Assembly (NCBI RefSeq): GCF_033153115.1
Contig: NW_026889794.1
Location: 4,526,001 to 4,590,000 of the forward strand
DNA: 64,000 nucleotides
Direction: 5' to 3'
From: Saccostrea echinata
Lineage: Eukaryota
Made by a program: the position numbers and the translations under genes. Below the pieces are notes generated by a model, which saw only the letters and a list, made by a program, of their open reading frames with translations, was not told the DNA's origin and made no database searches. Of this stretch, positions 36,215-51,924 are shown piece by piece. Position 1 is the stretch's first letter, and every line of letters begins with the position of its first letter.

Positions 36215-39200
36215 TGGTGTTACTTCTGAAAATCAGCAAACACATGAGTAAAGGAAAACAATAGACTTACAATAATGTGAAGTGTATTGTGAATAATAAG
36301 CTGATAATCCAGTCATAATTAGCATTTTAGATTTCAAAGATTTTGCATTAATAGTTTCATGCAGATAGATATTCCTCTCTGAAACAAATCATTTGATTAA
36401 AAAAAATCATTTCATATACATGTACGGGAAATTAAAGAAACATTTCAAGGTTAGAATAAAGTGCATCATAGTTACTTATTAGACTAAGTTACATTTTTGC
36501 ATTGTCAACGTCTTTGGAATGTAAAGAATATTCATTGTAATTAATAGTGCATGTTTACACAGAAAAAAAAATATTCAGCGATGCCATTCAACATTTTTTA
36601 ATTACCTAATTTTGACATGTTATGATTTATAATCACGATTTTGTCATAATAACTTTCACACTAGTACTTACATATATGTACCTGAACACATTTAGCAACA
36701 AACTCTCTCACAGCTATCATTAGGACATTAAACTTTCACATTAATAATCAACATGCATTACAATGAATCCCCATTAGATTTTATTTTAAAGAAAATTCTG
36801 AGTATTGTCCAACATTATTAACCACTCTTTATACCAAGCCATTCGGAAATTGATTTTATTCAAACGATATCAACTTTTGTTTGACACTTTAAATGCAGTG
36901 AAAGACAGGCAATTCAATACTTGCATTTTCAATACCTCTACATCCCTTTTTCTATAACTGCACGGAACTAGGTATTACATTACATCGATTTGAAGAATTT
37001 TAACAAACAATTCAACAAAAGCTGGCAAATGAAGCAGTGATTTGCAATTTAAGGAATAAAGAAAGTTATCATTAAAATGCAATTGACAGGTCTGATGGTA
37101 TATTTTACTTTTTTATTCTCGATAGATCAAGGTACATGAGATTGTATAGTGCAATTTAAAATCTTCTTTCTCAGTTGTCGAAGAAAAGAATTTCATATTT
37201 AGATCAATTTATCAAGTCCTTTTGTTGTTTGTAATAAAAATTTGCTCTCAAGACACGTTTTATTAAGAACTTTGAATAAAGTTTCTGAAATTTTTAAATA
37301 AACGCCTTGACATATTTAGTAAATCATCGATGTAAGGATCAATTTTGGTTGAAAATAACCACTTAATATTTGATTTTGCGATACCTTAATTCCAAGGCAA
37401 ACAATTAAATTGAATTTTACTAAAATCAAACACAATACGTAATGTTTTATTAAACATTCTGATTCGTTATCTATTGAGATGATATATACCGAGATACAAG
37501 TTGACATTCTCTTGCGATATTAAACTAACAAAAAAATGTGTTTAACATTTTAATTTGATGGGACATGTATACACTCTTTCACATGATATCGGTGGTCTGT
37601 CCGTTAAATGATTCCAATACATTTAATTACACTGCCATTTATTTTTATTTTAAAAAGGTGGATTCGTTGTTTTACGTGTATTACATCTTTTATAATAAAT
37701 GTTAATATCACACACGTCTCTTTACTCAAAAATAAATATTAAAAGTTACTTACCTATTTAAATCAACCAAACTTAAAAACTATTCATCCTCTGGCGCAGT
37801 GTCCCTTCGATCTGGTATTAAACTCCCCGTATTTACCTGATTTGTTTAAAATCTGAGAGTGGATAGATATCTTTTCATTTTACTGCAAATAATAAATATG
37901 TAATCCTGTATTCGTCCTCGCGTCAGTTTGAATTCATATGTCAATAAATTCGACATTTAGAGTAGCTGGCGCGGAAAGTCTTGTCCATTAGTTAACAACA
38001 AAAATAAATCCGCCAGACAGTTGCGCGACTGTCGCACAAAGAACATGTGGATGTTATTTAGTATTTGTGTTTAAAAATCACCCGAGTTTCAATGGTCTCT
38101 AAATCAAATATTTAATTCATATTTTCTGTAGGCCGATTAAATTCCTCCGATCATGCATTTGGTGATCGAATACTTTGATAGATATGAAAGGAAAAAGATC
38201 TCTTAAAGAGAGAATGAATTTTTAAGTGTATCTCTCCGTAGCAATCAGGTATTCATTCACATTTAGGCGCAGTGCATATTGAATTTAAAGTTTATTAACT
38301 ACATGTCCGAAATTTGTCTTTGGCATTTTTTTAATCAAATATACATAAACTCATCATATACTTTGTGCAAATGTATAAAATTTTCCTGCACAAATTTAAA
38401 TTGAAGAAATTTATAAATATATATATCAAAATACTATACAAACTGCACAGAAGTCTGTAATAAAAAAAAAATTTGCCATATCTATTTTTCCCATAGAGTC
38501 TCAATAATGATTACTCAACTAATGTCAAAGAAGAATCCTTTAAAAATTACCAGTTTCAAAGTGTTCAGAAATCTCCCTTTCATGAAGGCATTCAAGCATT
38601 GACTGGAGATTCAATTTAACTAAAGCAACAAATATTTAGAAGTTTTGCAGATATTTTCAAAAATCAATCACCCCTCCCCTACCATCTCTGTATTTCTCCC
38701 TTTCATTGAAACCCCCAAAATGTTATGGACGTTTTCTCAAACGTAGATAATGAAAAAAAAAAGAAAGAAAGAAAAGAAGAGAAAAAGATTAAAGTCATAC
38801 AAAATGTCCCTGTTATGTAAACATATATATCTTGTATGCATTTATATTAAAATTGCACATATAGTAAATCAAGATGAAATGCTTGCATAACGTAAAAATT
38901 TTATTTGCTTTTTGCGTCACCTCAAGTATCCCTCCAAAAATTACATAGCAGCAAAATGAGGTACTTTCAGAGTAAAAAAGTATTACATAATTCTATTGGT
39001 ATGGTCTCTTAAGTCGTTGCAGTTTAAAGGCCGAATTTTAAATTTATTTCTAATTTATTTGATTTGCATCGAACTAGCAGAATACGTTTGACTTTGCGCG
39101 AATATGCATGAAAAATTATTTGAAAGGTTTTCCTCCACACCATGAATAACTGAAGGATATTTTGAATTATTTGGATTTTCCGAACAATGCATATATTAAC

Positions 39201-39997
39201 AATTCATCTTTTAATCAACTAACGTTTTCTTCATTCTTCAGTATCACCCTCTGCTTATGATTTTATTATTATTTTTTTTTTTTTTATAAAAGGAGGAGGA
39301 CTTCCTCATGTCCAAAATATTTTTATGATGTAACCCTAGTGATCTGGCTAGGCTATTGCATAAGTTGTAATTGAATCAAAACAAAGACAAAGAATATTGA
39401 GTGTGAATTATTTAATGACAATAACTATACAACACAATTATAGTTGTGGGAAGATCACCAGGATAATAACAGCAAAAAAATCCTTAGTACAAAGAACGAT
39501 AAAATTGACAATGGGATCTCCCCTGTTGCAAACAATCATCAGTTTGGCAGAATATTTTAAACAAATAAAAGTAACACAAAACAAAAAGTTGTCAAAACGA
39601 AAAGCTGCCACCAAAAACAAACAGCTGTTTGCAACATCACAACGCCAAAACAACTTGTTTACACTTCAACATGTAAATCAGCGAAGTGATGCTATCTTGT
39701 GTCACGTGGTTTTAGCAATGACTACGATTGGATAATTAAAACTTTCTCCCAGTGGGAATGCTAATAACAAATAAAACTCATATCATCAATTAAAACTTCT
39801 ACATGTTACATATTACATAAAGGCTATATGTATAATAATGCGTACTTTTGTTAATAATTCTTGTTGTATGGAAATCTGTAAGTACATCTTCATTTTCAAA
39901 ATCGTTCAAAATACTAGTTATACTTTATTTAGATAACGTATATTGTCTCAGAAATTCTATTTTATGATACTGAAAAATAAAATTTCGAATATGTTTC

Positions 39998-42900
39998 TCA
40001 AAGCTTCGTGTTCATCGTTTTATTTCGTTTGTGAATGCCACTATTTTCAGTGTACCATAATTTAACTTCTATCAAAGACTGTGGAAGCTCCGTACCCCGT
40101 GTTTCAGGTACACACAGGATAAGTAATGTCACTATGAAGCACATTACAGAAAATATTGTTCCTGGAACCCAGGGTATTTCTTCGGCCTATAAAAAATTAG
40201 GAAAACATTGGAATACTTTTTTATAACCTTAGAGTTTTATAAGAATTATATTTTTAAAATATATTTTACCAACGTTCCAGCAAATGGTGATAATATTCCA
40301 CCAATTCTTGCAAAGGCTGAAGAAAAACCTATGCCAACGTTCCTAGAGGAAGGACAAAAATCATATTTTCAAACCTTCTTTCCTTATCGGTAAACCAATA
40401 TGTATTTATTACCCTTACTTTTACTTATCAGAATAGTATCTGCAGTATGTTTTCACTTTTATAGCAATAAGCACAAGCCTGTAAGAATCATGGCTGATAT
40501 CCCCCTTCATAAGCTGAAATGCTTCCAATGGACTCTAAACAAACCAAAACACGGCTAAACTTGAAGAAATATCTTAAAATTTAACCTACCTCAGATTTGT
40601 TGGATAGAGCTCAGGTGTATACAAGAAAAGAGTGCTGAAAGACCCTGCGATTGCCATTTTCCCAACAAATGTTGTTACCACTGATAACGTTTGAAGTGCA
40701 CTGTTATGTCCTTAAAATATTCAAATAGTCATCTTCCTTTATCAAAGTGTCGCACACACGTATTACTTTGATACAGGCTATTCCATCATGGAAATACCAA
40801 ATACTGTTTTATAAATTATAATTACATGGTTCACTGTTGTGCTCAAAGTATTTGCGGAAGTTGGTGGACATTGCCGAAATTAAAAGCTTTGTGTACCTAA
40901 ATTTTATTATAATAAAAATCTGTATGTAGTGGTTAAGGACATACGCAACGTAGTTTGATCTTAAATGTCTTTTTCCCTGAAGTTGAAGAGTTCCAATACG
41001 TGAAGGAACTGTGTGCTACATTTTAATGTCTACATATGCTGTTGTACACTTTTTCTAAAACAAGTTTGGGTAAAAAAAAACATCTAGAATACATGTTTAG
41101 TAATGTTTGTATATTTTTCTTTGAATTATACAAGAATTTTCATCAATTGATATTTTTTTCAAAACTCCTGGTAATACATGCTGATTTTTTGTCTACGAAC
41201 ATCTGATGACACTATAATCTTAAATTAAGAATATCTTGAAAAATTATCAGTAGGTGATGTACGTTGCTTATGTCCTTTAGTTTAGTTCAACTCCTGAATC
41301 AACATTGGTGCATATTTTAGCATATGACATAGACGAAACATATGTAAAAGTCAAAATGACATTTTTCTTTTGAAATGACAATGGATTGAAGACGGAAAGA
41401 AATATCCCTAGTTAAAACAATCGAATTTAAAGAAAGATGGTCAAAGGTTAATTAAAATAATATAATCAAGGTTTTTTTCGGTTTCTGGGTCTACATGCAA
41501 TACCATGATACCAAGTTTTTGCGAAACTGGAAAGATTGAAATTATGGACCTTCCCAATTTTCAGAATGTCCACAGAAAGAGGGAAGGAAAAGTAACTGCG
41601 TTTAGTCATAGTGAATTGTGAAGGGTTTCAAATGTTCAATGTTAAAAACAATGCAAAAAAACTTTAGATCATGTATTTGGTTTTGAAATGCATGGTAGAT
41701 AGAGAGAAATGTCCATGGCAAGATTGTCCTGCTTGGGAGTACTCTTAAAAAAGGAGATGTGTTGTAGATGGGAATAGGAAACAAAATATTCTCATTGATC
41801 AATCACAAATGGCTACCAAACAAAACTGTGTTGATCGACACTGTAGGTATATCAACCTAAAATGTCTGTAATCTTTTGGGGATGCATCAATCCTATGACT
41901 CTGTGAAAATTTGATGGGGATATAATTGCTTTGCAATAAATCAACATATGCATACTCGACCAAGGTCTATGATCAGGCATAGGATGAATTCACCATGCAT
42001 CGGACACCCTCGCACTTCAACAAGTTCTAGCGATATCGCTACCGACCGAATATTATCAAAATGGAACTTAACATGTAGTATGTGATTAAAATATAAATTT
42101 TTGACACAATCGTGTGCTCTTTATTGAGAAAATATCATTAAAACCCGATTTTTTCGAAATAAGTCAGAATTCACCATGGATCGGACAATATTCACCATGC
42201 ATCGGACATACGGTATTTTAACCAGAAAAATATCACACCTTGATCTCGGTGCTTTAAAATGAGTGAAATCGAAACATTTTTATCTTTTATTAAAAAATTA
42301 AACTTCTAGTTAAATTTGAATTACTATTTCGATCCACAAATGTGAAGAGATTTTAGGTGCATCACATCGCCTTAGAAAGGCTTTACAATGCTAGTAATAT
42401 GGCAACTCGCGCCTTTGTCTCGTGGGTTATCATCATCTAGTTTAAAGAAATAAATTGGGTCCACTTCTAGTCGTCATATATCGATAACTTGTATTTTCAC
42501 TTAAAATTTAGAGTTTTCATTTTCTATTTTCGTAAAAAACAGCTGTCATTTGGGTTTTATATGAGAATGGAAGTGATTACCCATGCATCGGAAAATGTCC
42601 GATGCATGGTTAATTTGTGTCCGATGTACGGTGAAATGAACATAATAGTAAAAAACAACTCTAAAAGTTATTATACAAACATTGAAGTAGAATTTTTGAA
42701 AAATTTCTGTAAAAATATCAATCATTGACAAATTTTACCTAGGCCCGACTCGTTCCGTTGAAGTCTATTTAAAAGACCGACAACTCTAAAAATTACAAAA
42801 TCGTAAAATTCTGGTTACTCCCCTTTGATGATGCAAAATATGACGTAATTTCAAGGCCATTCTTGTGGTATTTTTATCACAACATGGAAATAAAAATCGG

Positions 42901-45289
42901 CATCATTAAAAAGTTTAAATCTTCACCTTTAAGACAGAAACAAGTAAAAACACGGGGAGACTCAGGTTCAATGAAAGTTTATTGCTTAAAGTTGTCCGAA
43001 GCAAGGTATGTGTCCGACGCATGGTTAACTCACCCTATACATGTAGTTTGATATTTACCAAAAAAGTATTAATTATATAAATTCAGCATTTCATAAATCA
43101 TGTCCCCCGAAATAAATATTTTATAGGCCCATAGGAACAGGAGTCAGGGGGGAGGGCCCTTCCTTTCCAGAAATTTGTCGGTATATAATTTACACAAAAA
43201 AATCTCTTATTTACGAATATGACTCCTCAAAAATAACGCCTGATGACATTTTATTCTTTGTTAGTGGGTGTCATCCAAACTGAAATTCCTGCCTTCTATC
43301 CTGTTATAGAGAACTGATAGAAATTTCAAGCTCTACAAAGCTTGCGAAAGAAATCAGCTCCCCCGATCAAACATATTCAGAAGCTAAACAATGTACATGT
43401 CAATCTACAGACGCACTGTCGTCTGTGACATACATTGACATATACATTTTCTTTTGACAAGAAAGATAACTCTGAAATCGGTTCAGTCAATTTCCGCAAA
43501 TAATTAAGCAATAAGACATCAATTTCAAATATAGCATTGTGGCATGAATACCTGCAAAGTAATTCAATATCGTAGCTGAAGCTAAGGAAACTCCGCATAT
43601 GGCGTGAAAAATGATCGTTATAGCTCTTCTACCAAGACTAAAAAATAAAATTTTATCGTAAGTTTACTAACAATTTACTCAGTTTTTTTGAAAACTGCTC
43701 GAAATGCATTTTAATTGTTCATCAAATTGTCACATATATTAGGGGAAGAAAACTTTAAAATATTAATATTGAATGAAGATGTGATATTATTTCAAATTTC
43801 TTTTTTATCTAATTAAATAAATGAAATGTCTTTTTCTATCGTTTGATTTTGAAAGTTTTATTTTGAAATTCTTAACGAACTGCAACAAAGGTTGAGAGGA
43901 TATTCCCTCAAGACTTTGAATGAGTAACATTCAGCTACAAAGCTTAAAACCCAACATTTCATTCCATCTTTAATAACAAAATATGCTTGAGGTTGAAAAA
44001 AGAGCAGACTAGAGATTTAGTTTATAACTTACCAAAGAAGCATGACATGTGTAAGAATTACAGCAATATATTCCACAAAAGAGGATAGGAAGAAATTTAG
44101 GAAACGATCACCCGCCAATCTTGTAGAAGTCAAGGTTAATCCAAAGTATGTGAGTGTGTTGGTCACCCTACAATACAAAAACAACATCATTGTTTAATAC
44201 TACATGTATACTTATTTTAAATTGATAAATATTTTAGAACGTCTATTTATGGAATTATTATCTTGCTTTTAGGGTCTTTGGAGGTAGAAACCTCATTCAA
44301 ACACGAGATGATTCAGAGACTCTAATCATCAACGACTTATCAACTTTATTCACTTCCAAAACTAAAATGCTATTGTTTGCTTAAAAACTGAACTTACGAT
44401 GTGTTAATGACCTATATGTACGTATTTTATATCAAAATTTATGTCATTCCATACAACCCCAGTCTTTTACACACCAAAAATTATTTAAACATGGAAGCAA
44501 CCGATTCCACAACCCACTTTCTTTATGTGGGATAAATGACTGACGAAGAAAACGCTAAAGAAATCTTATTGGCGGTCTATTAAGATGATAGACCCAATTT
44601 TACTTATAGGATTATGTAGAAAATTGTATTGGATGTAGATATAGCACACTAATTTATAACCAACAACTTTATCTGATGCATGCTAACATAGGATGCATTA
44701 ATTTGTGGTTGTGCTAATTAGTATTACATCTTCAGAAAAACTGAATATACATTGCTCTAGGTACAGATGAATAGAATGTGCATAAATATTAACACTTATA
44801 CTAATCTATAGAAACTTACCATGTAAACCACATAATCAGCGATATTGCAAAAATGTTTTTATTTCGCAAAATTGTTAAAAATGAGTATTTCTCAACCAAA
44901 GGCAAATCAGACTTCTGGTATAGTTGGTCACTTTTCTTATCTTCTATCTGTTGCACAGAGACCGTTTTGGTAAGCGCCATTTTTCCTTCCACTATCTTCC
45001 TCAGATCTTCATAATTTAGTTTATTCCATTTTGCCACTTTTCGTATTACTCTATCAGCCTCCTCCTTTTTTCCATTTGCTGCAAGCCATCTTAAAGATTC
45101 ATCTTGAACCCTTCAGGTAAATGATTTATTAGTAAGTTGCATTCTACACTGCACATGATATATTTATATTGATATTTTTTCTTTGCAAACTGTATGCAAT
45201 GAAAATCCATGTGTTTGATGTTTGAAACAAATAATATTTACTATTTTGTGAGAATTTTAACTTCATGAAGTTAATATAACGTATCCTCT

Positions 45290-45333
<44 letters not shown>

Positions 45334-48300
45334 ATCAAAATAATTACTTAAAATTAATTCAAGCTGCAAATTCCAATAACTCCGGGAACACTAAAGATGT
45401 AAAGTACCATAAATATTGTTTTATGCCGAAGACTATTATATCTCTAGTAATTTCGTTAAATCGTCAACATTTTTAATATGAATTATTCAATTAAAGATAG
45501 TGTGAACAGATATATTTAATCAAATTTTGTTCCGAAAGAGAGAGCATAAAAATGTCTAAATTTAAAGAGTTCTTTTTGGTAGAAAAATTCCTACTGTTCC
45601 TATATCTACCATGCAGGAGAAATAGGTATCTTTTAAACGACGCTAAACTCAGTAGATTACTGAAGACGCTTTAGGTTACGTACTTAAATAACTTCATTCA
45701 TTCTTACCAATACTGTACCAGACTAAACAGAGAAAAACACGTAAGAGCTATCTGCAGATATCGCCAACTGTAGTCTTTCATCAGATAAGCAATGGGTGCC
45801 ATGATGATAAGTCCAGTAGTCCAGACAAACATACCTAATGTCTCTGTGTAAAAACGTGTTCTCTCCGGGAACAGTTCTAACGCTAACACCGCATTAGGCA
45901 TTACCATTCCCTATTTTAAAAAAACTACGTTTAACTCTTAGAAATGACTAGTATGCTGTTAACTGTATGTTTTCTTGTGATTATTAAAAAAAGCAAAGAA
46001 ACCAAACTCCTTTTATCTTCAATTTAGGTTTTTTTTAAAAAGTCTTTACCTTCATTCATTATACCCCTCAATTACCTGTTGTAAAACACCTAGAATGAAT
46101 TTCAAAATAGCCAGGGTTATGTAGCTTCGTGAGAAAGCAACACCAAAACCAAATGTCATGGTCAAAAGATGAGAGACAAGAAGAATGGTCTTCCTTCCAA
46201 ATTTGTCTGCGAGTGAAGATGCGAAGGCTGCTCCGACCAATTGTCCTGCCATGATCAACGTTTGGACAAGTTCAGCTAGGGGAGCTCGATCGCAGACAAG
46301 GTTCATCTGCAAAATATATTTATATCCACAAATTTTTCCTGTAATGAGAGGAGATAATTCTGGCTATTCGCAGCTTGTTTTGCTAAACATCTTGTATATA
46401 ATATTAAGAAAAACTCCGATTAAGTGAACATATCATTTATTAAACTAGCCAACAAAAGACTAAAACTATATTTACATATTACATAGACTTAGATAATAAT
46501 TAATTGGCTTAGCTAAAAATTATAGTAATATGACAAATTGACTAGTTTTACATGCTGACTATTCACATGACACAATTCTTACAAATCACATGACAAAAAT
46601 AGCGCAGCCAATAGACTAAACGTTAAAAACACCATAAAAAGCAATATATTTTAAAGCCAGGAAACTTTAAATCGCTGAGTCAAATTCTGAATTCTTTGTA
46701 AAACTTAGGAAGAAAAAGACGTATTAATCAGTTTTTAATTGTAGCAATGTAGTACTAGCATTAATCCGAAAGTAATGTCAAACGTAAATAAAATCTTAAA
46801 TAATGGGAAGTCATCAACATATTTTTTACACAAATGCCTATCTATTTTGACTTTTGCCTTAAAAGTAATTAAGTTACATGAAAAACTTTATAGAATAAAA
46901 TGATTAACACAATGCTAGTAGGTTACGCGCTATAACCGCACGACAAATATGTCACCCACGTCTTCATGGAGTTTCTTTTCAGAACTCATATCTAGTTCAT
47001 ATAAAATTCTATGAAATTTCTTACACCCGATTTAATTTCCATGCATTTTAAAAATCTTGAATGCAATTGTGGTAATAAGCATCTCTCTTTGAGTTGTTCT
47101 TTTCAAATTACATGTATTTGGATTGTCAAAAGTTAATTTTCAATTTCATTCCGTTCTGCTTAAATCTTCTAGTGTATTGTAAAAATCAGGAGTGATGACG
47201 TTAAAGCTTGTTTGATCATTAAATAACTTCCTTTTCCTCTGTTGGAATACAGAAAAAAAGTTGATTAAAAGTCAAGACAAAACCACAGAAACTTTAAATA
47301 CTAATAAGGAGAATAATTAATTTCATATACATGTAGATAAAACATTTTATAAAACAGCTTATAAATGGAATTTAGAAGATAGATAGGTGCAAGTAAGAGG
47401 AAGCAACCAACCTTTAATGTTCCGACGATACATGTACATGAGAAGATTTATACATAATCTGTCTCTTAACAGTGCAGGATCAGCATGTACATCAATGTAC
47501 ATTCCTAAATATTTTGAACTATATTGCGTGAAGAATCGTGCACTTGCATTCGCAATCGTGATCGTTCGAGTAACGCGTATAATCGTGTGCGGGAAGGATC
47601 GTTCGTGTATCAGGAATAATCGTGCGGAATCGTTCGTGTAACGTGATCATTCGTGTACAATAACGTTTCAGCCACTGTTTAATGAAATTTTCAATACCAA
47701 AAATTTACTTTAACAAAAAGTTAACACCTAAACACACACATACCATGTGTCTGAATGTTAACTATGTTCACCTAAGTTGGAGTTGGATGCTGGAGAAATA
47801 ATTTTCATAACCAATTGTATCAGTATGGAAATTCTAAATATTTTTGGAGCAATGTAGAAAAAAAAACCTTATGTTCACTTGGAAGTTCACCTGCAGGTGA
47901 ACATAACGTAGTATTTTTTTCTACGATGTTGAAACTCAGCCAATCAGAGAGGTAATAATAATTCAATTATATACATGTACCTCTGTTACTATTGTACTGT
48001 GCTTTCCTAGACTGTAGTGAAATCCATGAATACAAGTAGTCTGATTAATCAGCTGAGGTCTCCCTTGGTTTGTGTTGTTGAGAAATGTTTTGATGTGACA
48101 TTTTTCGTATGTTATGTAGATCGAATTGTTTTTACCATCTTTGTTCTCTATTTCGGGAATTGCACATTGAAAATCTGGTCGATAGCCTTTAAAAAAAAAC
48201 CGTTCGTCAACCTTTCCTTAAAAGTATTAACATTTAAAGACAAATTTACCCTCGAGGAACTAAATTGTTGTAATTAACACACGTATACAGTATAATAATA

Positions 48301-50396
48301 TCTTTTTCCAAGAAATTTAATCAAATTACACATAAATCTTTCAAATAGTAGGTTCTACCGCGTCAAACAAATTTTGAATTTGAATTCCTTAATACTAAAT
48401 ACAGAGTGACTTTTGTGATGGAATGACAGCTTTACAAACTGAATTAATAAATTTCAAAAACCTACCAATAAAAACTCCTATCAAGAGTTGGTATCCTGCT
48501 GGCCATATATTAAACAACGATATAGCTGTCTGAACAACTTGATATGGACCCCACTTTCCATATCTGCATTATATCAAATCAAATATCTTGAATTTCATGT
48601 TATACTTTAATGACATCATAAACTTACAAAATTGAAGTTACAGCACTTAGCAGTGTTATAAATTGCTTTGTATCAGAATATATCTAAGATCAAATAAGTG
48701 CTGTCGATGGATTTTTTATTATTATTATTGCAAAGTGTTTGTAAAATTGTGCGCTTTATAAATATGAAATGCTCACATGACATTATTTAAAAAAACAAAA
48801 TAAAACAAAACAACTGAAATGATATACGAGGGGCATTTGAAAAGTTCTGAGAACTGTTTGATAAAATATTAACCTTTTAACAGAAATTACAGAATTTGAT
48901 ATCATTGGTCATATCACAAAAATATACACATACTGTGTCGTCACTTTGTAATTTTTATTACGTAATAACTCTGAAAATGACATCAGAATCTCGAATGTCT
49001 AGCATACTGACCATAAAAATGACTTAACAAGAGACACAATTTCAGTAAAGTAAAATTTTAAAGTCAACTTTTGTTAATTACTCGGATCCAAGCTAACGGA
49101 CACAACTGCCAGTTGGAAAAATGTTTACATAGACAACAGTCTATCATATGAACTAATATTCAGGGGCTCCTATAGTTCTGAGATGGTTTACGAGTGTGTC
49201 AAACGTAGCATGTTATTATCGAATCTCTCGCAAAATATTGGGTGAAAAAGACGATGCTGTGAGAAAATCACAAAGTTGATGATCACAGAAGAATAGTGGA
49301 CGGCGTTACATAGTTTGCTGGCATTAATTCGTCAGGTATTTTAACCAATTTTGCGGGAACGATTAAAGCTCAAGAGAGGTTAAGCTAAGGGTGTCCTATA
49401 TTTTCTCGTAAAAACCAAAATGGCGCCGGTGTAGTTCTGACCCCACCGTAACTCGATATGTTCGAAAATTTTAAATCTTGGAAAACAGATAAGATTGTAC
49501 ATGGCAATGAAATTCAAATTTATTTTCTTGAGTCGAAAGTCAAAAGCAATAGTGTGTTTTGTATCGCCGAAGTTGAAATAATATGGAAAAAAAATACGCA
49601 CAAAAAGAAGTCCGGGTGAAGACTTATGTACGTCTTATTCGTACACGGTAAGAGCCCTGATACTCAAAATACATTTGTGGAAAAGTGCATTGTTACACTT
49701 CAGTTTTATATAGAATATATTTTATTTGATATAGTGGAGAGCTATATAATAGACCGAGAATTAAGCTATATCATACAAATAAGAATCTTTTATGAACGAC
49801 TAAGATAACATTACCGTTCTTATTAACCAAGCACAAAAAATAAAATATGGAATTGCTGATTTACCGTACCATTCTTAACGTCTTAATCTACCTCCTTGCA
49901 TATTTTCTTTGAAATATCTTTTCAAAGAAGCCTTTGAAAGCACTTTTTCGATCTTCTCATGTGGAAAAGAAGGCGACTTTTCATTTTTGGAGTTATTACG
50001 TCATGAATAAAAGAGAATGACCTTAATATAAGTGCAATTTTTTCAGCTCTTTTCAATGGTATCAAACTTATTAACGTCTGTGAAATGGTTAATATTTTAG
50101 CAAGCAGTTCTCAGAACTTTTCAAATGCCCCTCGTAAGAGTAAAAAAGTCATCAAGAAAAATGAAATTGGATTTTGTGGTTGTTTTTGAAAAGCTTTGAG
50201 TTTTAATAGAGACATGAAAAGAAATATTTTAAATTAAATTCGGTTAAAGATTAATTTGAGTTAATATGATAACTGATGCACAAAACTGACACAAACATGA
50301 AATGTATTTTCGCAACTGATCTACTTACATGTAATTATCATTCAATTCCTTCTCAGATACAGTTTCTTTTGACATCGTCTTTTCATTCTGCTCCAT
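39998..50396 (-). CDS. SLC22-family organic cation transporter-like protein (MFS), ~566 aa, 11 exons
   Basis: Exons 50396-50329, 48563-48466, 48186-47981, 46306-46076, 45910-45708, 45110-44820, 44167-44033, 43637-43552, 40710-40590, 40342-40270, 40186-39998 (1701 nt, open frame). Motifs [52 protein letters not shown]. Confidence 0.93.
40937..41276. mobile_element. Short TTAA-type MITE
   Basis: ttaa-ggacatacgcaacgta ... tacgttgcttatgtcc-ttta. Confidence 0.65.
41982..43035. mobile_element. TA-flanked non-autonomous DNA transposon in SLC22 intron 8
   Basis: TA|ggatgaattcaccatgcatcggaca ... tgtccgacgcatggttaactcaccc|TA, with the TIR core repeated internally (42172, 42194, 42581, 42597). Confidence 0.75.
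48827..50134 (+). mobile_element. Decayed mariner DNA transposon (~1.3 kb) in SLC22 intron 1
   Basis: TA|cgaggggcatttgaaaagttctgagaactg ... cagttctcagaacttttcaaatgcccctcg|TA: TIRs plus TA TSD. No intact transposase; orientation inferred from a weak YSPDLAPCDF-like remnant near 49870. Confidence 0.85.
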
Positions 50397-50656
50397 ATCA
50401 CAACCAAACAACAAACTAAGAGTGCATTACGTAAATTAACTGTATGAATGTCCCACTTATACAATTTCACACTAATTATATGTGGCCATGCATTGAATAC
50501 GTGAAACAATCCATGCACTGTTGAGACTGCTTTAATTATAAAAAATAAGATTATGTAGTAAAACAGGTGGCGAAAATGTGCACCAAATATAATGCCTCTT
50601 TCTTTCTAGGATTGGACATAACTTTAATTTGAACATTCACAGAGAAATCAATATAA

Positions 50657-50719
50657 TGAATGAATGATTGATTGATTGTATGTTGTCTTAGGTCCCGTTC
50701 GAGAATTTTTCACTCATAT
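50657..50719 (-). mobile_element. SINE 3' tail fragment, reverse orientation
   Basis: gattgattgattgtatgttgtcttaggtcccgttcgagaatttttcactcatat is the reverse complement of the SINE tail. Confidence 0.75.
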
Positions 50720-51924
50720 TCAGAAAATGATAACTTTTTAAGGTTACCAAATGTACAAAGCAAATGCACTTTACATTTTGTACAAATTCTGTAAAATCAT
50801 AAAAATTGAAACATAATTGAAGCAACCCTAAAATCAACATGTTTATCAAAATTGTTTCATAAATGATTCATTACATGTACTACAAATTAGATAAAAAGTT
50901 AGATTTATAAGTACTTCTACACAGTACTAGATATTATCACGTAATTTTATTGATTTCTGTAAGTTAACTAATTTTCAGAATGGATTTCAAATTACAGGAT
51001 TTCATCGAAATAAATAATATTTTATTATAAATCTAATCATTAAATTTTCAAAATATGCTGCATATAACTCTAAACAGATCTTCATTTTGTATCTAGTATT
51101 GTGGTTAAACAAAGAATGGATGAATTTTGTGCCGTGAATTCTAAGCTTGATTATAGAGATACAGTATGCACAGAAAACCGGAATAGGGAGTATAATGCTT
51201 TTTTTTTTTTAAATTTAATTAAAATATATATAATGTCAAGTGCCTATGACAGTATAATGATTACAAGCAGGCGACTATATCTTGATAGAATTCAGTGTCA
51301 TTGCTTCTTTTTCATTGTTTTACAATAGAAAATTTGAATGTTTTATCGTCCACGGATGATTCTGAAGAAATAAGGATTCAAGAGGAAAATAATAAAGGTA
51401 ATTTTTTGTACAGACATTTAAGCAGAACGGTCTTGTATGTTTATTTCTTCTGGTGTAAACATGTGCATATTATGTGTGCATATTATATGTGCATATTCTG
51501 CAATCAATTTAAAAAAAAAATAGATTGCAGAAATATTTTGAAATGGTAATTGGCAGAAAAAGTAAATAAAGATTACTCAGAGAGTCCTTTGAAATTACAT
51601 TGTATTCAGGGTTATCTCACTTCATGTTACAGTCTATTCTCTAAAAAAATTCATTGTGTTACAGCAACAACAAAAACTTGCATCTACTCACTCTTTCATT
51701 GCATATTCTTGAAGTTTTTTCACCAAAAATTTCATTAAAAACTGTTAAAAAATTTTCATACCGTATTGCATGTAATTGATGAATACAGAAAAAGACTAGA
51801 ATCTTTAGACCAGTTCTCGTCAAAACCTAAGGGATTGTTCCTCAATCAACGATAAAGATCCTATTCAACTTTCTGTAAAATTATCTCCAGAAAAACATAT
51901 TTAAAGTTCACTGGAATTCCCGAA

